This document shows positions 24,608 to 31,717 of a DNA stretch of 36,578 nucleotides, piece by piece. How positions within the stretch are numbered: the stretch's first letter is position 1; every line of letters begins with the position of its first letter. The notes beneath the pieces are model-generated. The model was not told the DNA's origin and did not search any database. It saw only the letters and a list, made by a program, of their open reading frames with translations. Source of the DNA: Minisyncoccia bacterium (GTDB taxonomy: Bacteria; Patescibacteriota; Minisyncoccia; UBA6257; JAVHQB01); contig JBAQYG010000018.1 of NCBI GenBank assembly GCA_049299915.1, positions 1 to 36,578 of the forward strand, given 5' to 3'. The position numbers and the translations under genes are program-made.

Positions 24608-27600
24608 TTATTTCTTTTTTCTTAGAACCAAGGCATATAAGCCGCCTCCAATTACTATGAGTCCAAGGAATATTAAGAACCAATTGATATTCTTTTTGCC
24701 AGTTTCATCTAGGGTGCCCAAAACAATTTCTTCTTCTGGTTTAGTAGTAGCTGTTGTTACAGTGGTAGTCGTAGTAGCTTCTGTGGAAGCCCCTAATACA
24801 GACCCCTCTTCACCATAATTTCCAAACCCGCCTCTTTCATTAGTGAGATCTGGCATAGCTAAACCTAATTCGGGGCAAACTATAAGATTAATCTTCCTTT
24901 GGGTAGTTCTGTAAACATATCCCGTAGAATCGTTTGAACTAATAAGAAGTCCTGCATCTACCCATGGTTGCAAAACTTCATCTTTATAAGCTAATTGGAA
25001 AGTAGAAACAGCATTAAAATCATCTTGGCTGTAAATACCATCAACGGGTAAATTAAGACCAAGGTATTCATTAAGGAACTGTTGTAATTTTATAACTTCT
25101 ACTGGGTCATTGTTGCTTCCTAATTTTATATATTTATAAAGATATAAATCACAATTTCCTATAGAAGCACCTAAAACTTCACCTTGGGGTTCAGTGCTCT
25201 CGGTGCTAGCTCCAGCTACTGCAGCAGGAGTAGTTGTAGTGGTAGTAGTACCATCATTACCAGTATATGTAGGAGATGAACCGCCACCACATGATTGAGT
25301 ATTGCAAGATCGGCTTGTGGGTCCTTCACATTGTGCGCCGTCGGCACAAGTTCTTGTTTGAGTTCCGCCACCACAAGTTACCGAACAAGTACCCCATTCT
25401 GACCAACCAACAATATAATTAAAGAAATCTGCTCGGGCTTCGTGGTCAAATTGAGTCTGCACATCTGATTCAACGGTAACCGTTTGGCATAAAGGGTCAC
25501 CACTACCCCAACCAAGTTGCATGACTTCACAGATTTGATAATCTCCATTATTAATATTTTCAAATCGATAGAAACCACCGCCATCTGTAGTTTGATAGGG
25601 TTCTTGCTGGTCAAATTCTTCGTCATGGTCTAAATCAAGATAAATAGTCCAACCATTCATTCCAGCGGCTTCATCGGGATCAGAAGAATCGTACAGACCA
25701 TCACGATCTAAATCATTTATTTTATAACCAGCAATGCTGCCAGTTGGATTGTTATTATAATTCAAGAAAGTAACTTGAGGATGACTATTGGTTTCACTAA
25801 TTACAACTTGGGGGCTACCATCGGGGGTAGGTGCAGTTTGAGTCCAACCAGTTGTTTGGTTTTCGTGTACGGTATAAGTTCCGTATGATAAATTATCGAA
25901 TTCGAAACAGCCAGAAGTTTGATTAGTTGTTTCATTGGCAACTTCATGACCCGCTGGTTCACCCTCGGGATAATACCATAATCTTATACTCCAAGATAAA
26001 GGAGTATCTGTCCCAACATCATATATTCCATCTTGATTAGCATCGTTGTATTTGCAAGCGGTAATAGAACCAGTTGGTATCTCATAATTAAAGAAATTTG
26101 CTTGAGTTTCTACTCCACTAGTAACCACCACCTCTTGGCAAAGAGAATTGCTTGTCCATCCTCCTTTCATCACTTCACATATCTGATAAGTACCAACAGA
26201 AAGAGTTCTAAAACTATAGAAACCTTCTTGATTAGTTGTTGTCTGGAGATTATCTCCATCGTCATTACAGTCCCCGTCTTTATTTCCATCTATACAAATA
26301 TTCCAACCCTCTAAACCCGGTTCTTGTTCGTCCCAATTACCGTCTTTATTTAAGTCATTGTATTTGTATCCAGCAATATCACCTGTCGGAGTCGGATTTT
26401 CTGATATACACTCATAAACTTTCAAATCCAAAGAGTCACTATTATCACTCATTCCCGTCTGATTCTGCCATTCAGTATCAAACCAATCACTATATCTATC
26501 TCCTATAACAAACTGTGTTGAAGGTGAACCGCTTGGAATGGAATAATAGAAATCATAAAAATGATCGGAATTATAAACACCCCAATCAATAACTCCAACT
26601 GTATTAGTACCTAAATTACCTAAAAGAGCATGGGCTGCATAATCATTGCCAGTTCCCAGTATTCCGTATTGAGACTGACCAAGCGTATAGCCAGCATCTG
26701 CCTGTAGAGTACTATTGGGTTTAAATAAGCCCGAAACTCTGAATAGGTAACTTTTCCCACCCGTTAAATTGAATGTTTCTCCGTCGACATCATTACCATT
26801 GATGGACAACTGTTGAATTGGCTGGGAACCTTCAACTGTTCCATTTGGACAACCTTGGTCAGAATGATAAATAGGTATTAAGTGGCAAGTAGTAGAACAG
26901 AAATTGTGGTCGGGAGTTATACCTTCTGTGCCTTCGCATTCTTCAGTGCTATCTTTTACGCCATTGCCACAAGATGGGGCATTAAAACCAACACAATAAT
27001 AAGTATTTTGATACTGAGGATTATTTATGTAGTCATAGTTATCATAATTTAAGATATCATCATGACAATAAAATTCAGCACTAGAGGTTTGGCTAGTGTC
27101 TGTTCCCGTAAAAGGAATAAAATTATTTTGTAAAACTTCTCTTACCCAAATCTTGCTACTTCCATTCAGGTCACTAATGGAGGCAGGCGAAGCAATACTA
27201 AAAGTATTCCAATCACTACCACCAGGACCAACTAAAGCATCGCCAGGATTGCTTACATTTTCATAAGCCCATTCAAAATTCCAATCTTGAGTAAAACGAC
27301 ATTTTCCTTGGCTTTGATCAACCCAATTTTGAGCAGTACCTGAGCCAATTACAGTGTCGGGATAAGTTGAACCACTACCAGCTCCCCAATTTGGAAGGTC
27401 TGATTCGTTATCACAAATTACCTTTGAAGCAACTATTGTTACTGGAGAATTGGCACAATCAGAATCAGCACTATCCTTATATCCGTCACAATCATTATCT
27501 AATTGGTCATTACAAATTTCAGCACCCGTGGAAATACAATTATAATTATCACAAGAATTTCCAATTCCATCATGATCATCATCAACTTGATTAGTATCAT

Positions 27601-27901
27601 CTGAATATGAAGGGCATAAATCGCAAGCATCGCCTATTCCATCTCCGTCGGCATCAGCTTGATCGTCATTAATAGTATTAGGACAATTATCGCAGGCATT
27701 ACCCTTACTATCCTCATCTGTGTTTGCTTGATCTGTATTAGGAGTAGTTGGACAATTGTCTGAAAAATCTGGAAAAGTATCTGTATCGGTATCGGTAATA
27801 GGGTCTCCTGCTAATGCCAATCTGATAAATCCTCCGCTTGACGAAACCATGGAAAAAACCATAGTTACAATCAAAACTTTGGACCAAAATAATTTATTCA
27901 T
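24608..27901 (-). CDS. 1097-aa mosaic surface adhesin (TSP type 3 repeats, Cys-rich repeats, 3 SdrD-B/Cna-B-like repeats, TSP type 1 repeat, PG-binding domain, C-terminal sorting-signal-like tail)
   Basis: Signal peptide, then DNCPTTPNTDQANTDEDSKGNACDNCPNTINDDQADADGDGIGDACDLCP (TSP3) and CGNGVKDSTEECEG. SdrD-B-like repeats: GYKYNDLNKDGNWDEQEPGLEGW...GFYSFRTLSVGTYQICEV, plus two more. TSP1: WSEWGTCSVTCGGGTQTRTC. PG_binding_1-like: VIKLQQFLNEYLGLNLPVDGIYSQDDFNAVSTFQ. The end reads LDETGKKNINWFLIFLGLIVIGGGLYALVLRKKK. Confidence 0.75.
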   Translation of the reverse strand: MNKLFWSKVLIVTMVFSMVSSSGGFIRLALAGDPITDTDTDTFPDFSDNCPTTPNTDQANTDEDSKGNACDNCPNTINDDQADADGDGIGDACDLCPSYSDDTNQVDDDHDGIGNSCDNYNCISTGAEICNDQLDNDCDGYKDSADSDCANSPVTIVASKVICDNESDLPNWGAGSGSTYPDTVIGSGTAQNWVDQSQGKCRFTQDWNFEWAYENVSNPGDALVGPGGSDWNTFSIASPASISDLNGSSKIWVREVLQNNFIPFTGTDTSQTSSAEFYCHDDILNYDNYDYINNPQYQNTYYCVGFNAPSCGNGVKDSTEECEGTEGITPDHNFCSTTCHLIPIYHSDQGCPNGTVEGSQPIQQLSINGNDVDGETFNLTGGKSYLFRVSGLFKPNSTLQADAGYTLGQSQYGILGTGNDYAAHALLGNLGTNTVGVIDWGVYNSDHFYDFYYSIPSGSPSTQFVIGDRYSDWFDTEWQNQTGMSDNSDSLDLKVYECISENPTPTGDIAGYKYNDLNKDGNWDEQEPGLEGWNICIDGNKDGDCNDDGDNLQTTTNQEGFYSFRTLSVGTYQICEVMKGGWTSNSLCQEVVVTSGVETQANFFNYEIPTGSITACKYNDANQDGIYDVGTDTPLSWSIRLWYYPEGEPAGHEVANETTNQTSGCFEFDNLSYGTYTVHENQTTGWTQTAPTPDGSPQVVISETNSHPQVTFLNYNNNPTGSIAGYKINDLDRDGLYDSSDPDEAAGMNGWTIYLDLDHDEEFDQQEPYQTTDGGGFYRFENINNGDYQICEVMQLGWGSGDPLCQTVTVESDVQTQFDHEARADFFNYIVGWSEWGTCSVTCGGGTQTRTCADGAQCEGPTSRSCNTQSCGGGSSPTYTGNDGTTTTTTTPAAVAGASTESTEPQGEVLGASIGNCDLYLYKYIKLGSNNDPVEVIKLQQFLNEYLGLNLPVDGIYSQDDFNAVSTFQLAYKDEVLQPWVDAGLLISSNDSTGYVYRTTQRKINLIVCPELGLAMPDLTNERGGFGNYGEEGSVLGASTEATTTTTVTTATTKPEEEIVLGTLDETGKKNINWFLIFLGLIVIGGGLYALVLRKKK

Positions 27902-27938
27902 AACAATTCAAAAATATGTTTTATTATTAAAATTTTAT

Positions 27939-28000
27939 AAGGCTTAAGGCCTTAGTGGTTACCCATACAACTGGAGGGTAATAAGGATAACCACTAAAGC
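27939..28000 (-). repeat. Hairpin repeat, copy 2 (38 nt upstream of the adhesin ATG)
   Basis: See copy 1. The core is CCTTAGTGGTTACCCATACAACTGGAGGGTAATAAGGATAACCACTAAAGC on the plus strand. Confidence 0.8.
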
Positions 28001-28016
28001 TTTAATTTTAGATACT

Positions 28017-28039
28017 AAAAAATTGGCTCTTTAGGCCAA
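28017..28039 (-). terminator. Weak terminator-like hairpin inside the adhesin leader
   Basis: Minus-strand UUGGC-CUAAAGA-GCCAA followed by UUUUUU; only a 5-bp stem. Confidence 0.3.
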
Positions 28040-28232
28040 CTTAAACAAACCTCCAGTCACACAGTTTATTTCCTTCGAGAAGGTTCCCCCATCCCAGAAG
28101 TGTTTATAAACAAAATTCTCCATTATTACCTAATTATGTCCGACCTCGCTCTTCATAAAAGGATGAGCGACTAACAGACTTTCTTTTATTTAAATGTATT
28201 ACCTCTTAAAAAAAATTAATTATTATGAATTT

Positions 28233-28260
28233 AAAAAACCAGCTCATAAAATAAAGCCGG
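28233..28260 (-). terminator. Terminator hairpin overlapping the 3' end of aptamer copy C (candidate expression platform)
   Basis: Minus-strand CCGGCU-UUAUUUUAUG-AGCUGG followed by UUUUUU. The 5' arm CCGGCU is part of the conserved AACCGG/P1 3' segment of the aptamer. Confidence 0.55.
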
Positions 28261-28324
28261 TTTTGCCATTGACTCGCCATAGTCTTAAGGCAACCAATTT
28301 GTAGACTATAGGTCTTCGTCTCTT
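28253..28324 (-). promoter_or_regulatory. Structured RNA element, copy C (divergent c-di-GMP-II riboswitch-like aptamer)
   Basis: RNA: AAGAGACGAAGACCUAUAGUCUACAAAUUGGUUGCCUUAAGACUAUGGCGAGUCAAUGGCAAAACCGGCUUU. P2 is CUAUAGUCU/AGACUAUGG and the pseudoknot is UUGCC/GGCAA. It lacks the GUUGAU block seen in A and B. Confidence 0.5.
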
Positions 28325-28367
28325 AGGACTAGTTAGTTGTCAAAAAACACTTATCTAAATTATTTTC

Positions 28368-28396
28368 ATTTAACAATCATTTCGGTTTCTTGTCAA
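28368..28396 (-). promoter_or_regulatory. Candidate sigma-70-type promoter of the adhesin/TasA/SipW transcription unit
   Basis: The minus strand reads TTGACA-N17-TTAAAT, ending about 45 nt upstream of aptamer C. Confidence 0.4.
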
Positions 28397-28528
28397 GAGA
28401 GTTATCCACAGGGTTAATTAACTAAAATTTAATCCATTAAAATAAATAATTAAATTTTAAATACTTTTCAATTTACAAATCAACTTCAAAAACTACATAT
28501 ACAAATGAAACAATAATAAGAAATAATA

Positions 28529-29890
28529 TTAGAGAGTCACTAGGACTGCACGAGTAAGTGACCCCACATAACCCAAAGTAGGAAATATATTATGGGCTAT
28601 TTGAAATTTAATCACGGCTGCTTCTGTAGCCGAACCAAAATAAATTGTTTCATTACCAATAGAACCAAAACCACTTGAAGCAACTATGTATCCATTGGCA
28701 TTTAATAATTTTTGCAGAGCGCGAACATCCTCCCCACTAATACCTCTATATAAATTACGAGTAAAGGTCACCTCAGTACTATTTGTGGGAATAGTCGTCG
28801 AAACTGAAGGGGGTAAGTCCCCTGATGGATGAGCAGCGATAAACGCTCGTGTTATAGCCCCATAATACCCAATTGAAGGAGAAATACCCATAGCTATTTG
28901 GTATTCTATAAGAGCTGTTTGGGTAATTTCTCCAAAATATCCAGTGGCCCCAGCACTAGCAAGACGTGTCGCAGCAGCTCCTGTAGCTGCTTTGATTAAA
29001 TAATTCTGAAGCTCAATAACCTTAGTTCCCGATGAACCAAGCGCAAGATCGTCACTAAGAACAGGGGTATAGACATTTATGGGCAGTGTAGTAGGAGTTG
29101 TTGGAATAGATGTAATGGCGTTGATTATGGGTTGAGGCAAGGAAATACCGGCGTCTAACGCTTTAATAAATGTAGAGGGAAAATTAGTTACTAAAAGTTG
29201 CGAAAGAGTAGTACTATCGGAAGTTTGGGTAAGAATTGTGGAAAGAAAGGATATTTTTTCTTGAAGAGAAAATTCTCCTGTTAAACGTGGAAATGGGTCC
29301 ATTGGAGTATCGGAACTATTGTGTATTTCAAAATGAAGATGGGCTGCTCCCCCAGAAGCATTACCAGTATTACCAACATAACCAATAAGTGAGCCTTGTC
29401 CGAGAACTAATCCAGAAACAACTCCCTCTCCGATACTTGTAAGATGCATATATACAAATGTTTCGCACCCAGGATTAGCAGTATAAACATAATTCCCTGA
29501 GCTTGTACCAGTACCGGTACGCAAAACAACTGCAGGGGTTGGAGAAACAATTGGCGTTCCTTTAACTGCCATAATATCTTCACCTAAGTGTAGACGATTA
29601 ACATCACGTGGGTCACCAAAATTGGGTGAAATATCTTTGACTTCAATACCAAAAAGAACGGGCATCATCACCGAAGCATTGGCCGTAGTTCCTAAGGCAT
29701 TAATTTTTTGTTGTAAATCATTTGATTGATGTGAGTAGTCTCGTGTCCATGGCTGGTCAACACTTGGTGTATAGGCTGCTAGAACACTTAATACGGGAGA
29801 TATGGCAAGGATAAACAATACAATCATTGCTATATAATGCACCAAACGTTTCATTCCCCATTCGTTTAAAAGTACTTTCATATAGCCCAT
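28529..29890 (-). CDS. M23 family metallopeptidase with two C-terminal peptidoglycan-binding (PG_binding_1-like) repeats
   Basis: HLGEDIMAVKGTPIVSP (HxxxD), GYVGNTGNASGGAAHLHFEIH (HxH). The two repeats are GTKVIELQNYL...GYFGEITQTALIEYQ and GEDVRALQKLLNANGY...YFGSATEAAVIKFQ. It has an N-terminal TM/signal. Confidence 0.85.
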   Translation of the reverse strand: MGYMKVLLNEWGMKRLVHYIAMIVLFILAISPVLSVLAAYTPSVDQPWTRDYSHQSNDLQQKINALGTTANASVMMPVLFGIEVKDISPNFGDPRDVNRLHLGEDIMAVKGTPIVSPTPAVVLRTGTGTSSGNYVYTANPGCETFVYMHLTSIGEGVVSGLVLGQGSLIGYVGNTGNASGGAAHLHFEIHNSSDTPMDPFPRLTGEFSLQEKISFLSTILTQTSDSTTLSQLLVTNFPSTFIKALDAGISLPQPIINAITSIPTTPTTLPINVYTPVLSDDLALGSSGTKVIELQNYLIKAATGAAATRLASAGATGYFGEITQTALIEYQIAMGISPSIGYYGAITRAFIAAHPSGDLPPSVSTTIPTNSTEVTFTRNLYRGISGEDVRALQKLLNANGYIVASSGFGSIGNETIYFGSATEAAVIKFQIAHNIFPTLGYVGSLTRAVLVTL

Positions 29891-29963
29891 GGTAGCGCAT
29901 ACTAAAAGGAAAACCTATTATTTTATAAACCGATAGTTGCTTTTTGGCAAGTCGATAAAACTA

Positions 29964-29992
29964 CCAAAAACCACCCTAGCTAGAAAGAGTGG
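29964..29992 (-). terminator. Intrinsic terminator after the ATPase gene
   Basis: Minus-strand CCACUC-UUUCUAGCUA-GGGUGG followed by UUUUUGG. Confidence 0.5.
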
Positions 29993-30036
29993 CTTTGAAA
30001 TAAAATATTTGAAATTCCTCAACTATATCTACTCTA

Positions 30037-31713
30037 TTATTTCCCCAATATCGTATCCAAGATATTTTTTAATTTTTTAGTGTCCACATTCTGTTTGTTA
30101 GGACGACTGCTAGTCGTAGCCCTTATCGCATCAGTATGTTTATCTGGTTTGGCTGTAAAAGAAGCCGGTACAACGTTTTTGGTAACGCTATCCAAAGCTT
30201 CTATCTTTCCTGTTTTTATATTCTCTAAACAATCTGAACAGTATACTGGTCTATTGGCATCTGGCTCAAAGGGTACACTAATAGGTCGGGCGCATAGTGA
30301 ACATTTGGTCACCCAACGAGTCTTTTCTTTTGTTGATTCTTTATTACCATTATTTCCCCTATCTACTTCTGCGGGAGGATTTCCTGTGTCCAATCCATAA
30401 TTATAAACACTCCAATCACTAATTGTTTTTTCTACTTCATTTTTATGACCGCTATAAAGACTACGAGAGTATTCTTTTATTTTTTCCCGGTTGGTAAACT
30501 TAATCCTATCAAAGGGTGGAATGTTTAAAGCAGAAAATGGTTCAGATACATAACCGTCAACCATTAAGCGCATATAGAAATTAAAGTTGGGCAAGTTGGA
30601 GATATCTATAGCACTGAATTGGCGTTTACATTCATTTTCAAAATACATGGCATCCTCTATACCTAAACGATATAGAACCATTGTGCCGACGTTACCAATA
30701 ATAGCGTCTCTCACCGTATCGTTAAGCTGAGCCACATACTGATGGGCCATTATGAGATTCAAATGGTACTTACGGGCTTCAGATAAGATATTGGCGAAAG
30801 AATCAGTAGAGAAATTCTGAAACTCATCTACATATAAATAAAAGTCAGGGCGCTCTTCCTCGGGTACATTAACTCGAGACATAGCCGCCAATTGCAGCTC
30901 AGTAATAAGAATGGCACCTAAAAGAGCAGAATTGTCCTCCCCTATTAGCCCCTTAGAAAGATTCACTATCAATATCTTGCCATTGTCTATAATCTCTCTT
31001 AAATTTATTTTGCTGTGTGTTTGGCCAATGATATTTCTAATTAAAGGATTAGAAATAAACTGACCAATCTTATTCTGAATGGCAGCTACGGCTTCCTGAG
31101 CATATTTTTCGTTATAGTTTGCGAATTCGTTTACCCAGAAAGATTTAACCATTGGGTCTTTGACGTAATCTACTACTACCTGGCGATAATTCTTATCGCT
31201 CAGCATTCTGTTAATACTTAAAAGAGTTGTATCTGGATATTCTAGAAGAGCTAATAAAGTATTATTTAAAATGTATTCCATTCTGGCAGACCAAACATCT
31301 GGCCAGATCTTTTTAAATACTGCCATGAGTCCCGAACTAATTAAATGACGAGACTCTGGAGTAACGTCTTCCATTACGTTGAAAGAGATTGGCCAATCTA
31401 AATCACTTGGATTGAAATACACCACGTCTTTAATTCGTTCTTCAGGAACATAGTCCAACATCAAATCAGCAAATTCTCCGTGAGGATCCACAATACCAAT
31501 ACCTGAGCCATTTTTAATATCAGCTATAGCCATGTTCTCCATAATAGTAGTTTTACCGGTACCAGTTTGCCCGATAATATACATATGGCGACGCCTATCT
31601 TTGGCCTTAATCCCAAATTTGGTAAGATCCCCTCTAAAATTAGTTAAACCTAGTGGGATTAATTGATCGTCTTCGACTATATATGATTTTTTTATTGGGA
31701 TATCTTCAGTCAT
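30037..31713 (-). CDS. VirD4/TraG/TrwB-like (type IV coupling protein-like) P-loop ATPase lacking TM segments, with C-terminal CxxC-x17-CxxC zinc ribbon
   Basis: Walker A IIGQTGTGKTT, Walker B FYLYVDEFQNF, and ARKYHLNLIMAHQYVAQL typical of the TraG/VirD4 C-terminal half. The C-terminus CSLCARPISVPFEPDANRPVYCSDC has exactly 17 residues between the Cys pairs (nt 30229-30303). Confidence 0.7.
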   Translation of the reverse strand: MTEDIPIKKSYIVEDDQLIPLGLTNFRGDLTKFGIKAKDRRRHMYIIGQTGTGKTTIMENMAIADIKNGSGIGIVDPHGEFADLMLDYVPEERIKDVVYFNPSDLDWPISFNVMEDVTPESRHLISSGLMAVFKKIWPDVWSARMEYILNNTLLALLEYPDTTLLSINRMLSDKNYRQVVVDYVKDPMVKSFWVNEFANYNEKYAQEAVAAIQNKIGQFISNPLIRNIIGQTHSKINLREIIDNGKILIVNLSKGLIGEDNSALLGAILITELQLAAMSRVNVPEEERPDFYLYVDEFQNFSTDSFANILSEARKYHLNLIMAHQYVAQLNDTVRDAIIGNVGTMVLYRLGIEDAMYFENECKRQFSAIDISNLPNFNFYMRLMVDGYVSEPFSALNIPPFDRIKFTNREKIKEYSRSLYSGHKNEVEKTISDWSVYNYGLDTGNPPAEVDRGNNGNKESTKEKTRWVTKCSLCARPISVPFEPDANRPVYCSDCLENIKTGKIEALDSVTKNVVPASFTAKPDKHTDAIRATTSSRPNKQNVDTKKLKNILDTILGK

Positions 31714-31717
31714 AAAT

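Noticed and set aside
25378-27947. Several 60-95-aa ORFs inside the adhesin gene (25378-25626 -, 26033-26314 +, 26236-26508 +, 27367-27594 +, 27756-27947 +)
   Set aside because: All are nested in, or antisense to, a 1097-aa ORF with clear domain content. Their translations are low-complexity (H/Y/N/L-rich) with no motifs.
24497-28000. Idea that the hairpin repeats flanking the adhesin gene are integron attC sites or cassette boundaries
   Set aside because: The arms (GGTTAC.../...TAACC) do not fit the RYYYAAC/GTTRRRY core sites. No integron integrase or attI is visible, and the copies also sit in positions expected of 5' leaders. The direct-repeat observation is kept as a finding without the integron interpretation.
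28206-28247. 13-codon ORF (MSWFFKFIIINFF) starting in the loop of the riboswitch-C terminator, and a 6-codon plus-strand ORF (MDLYPL, 24582-24602) behind an AAGGAGG
   Set aside because: Both are very short, lie in AT-rich or hairpin sequence, and have no supporting conservation. They are most likely chance.
28402-28410. Perfect DnaA-box 9-mer TTATCCACA in the AT-rich adhesin leader region
   Set aside because: This is a single isolated box with no cluster, no dnaA or dnaN nearby, and no evident strand-bias switch. One chance occurrence in a window of this size is plausible.
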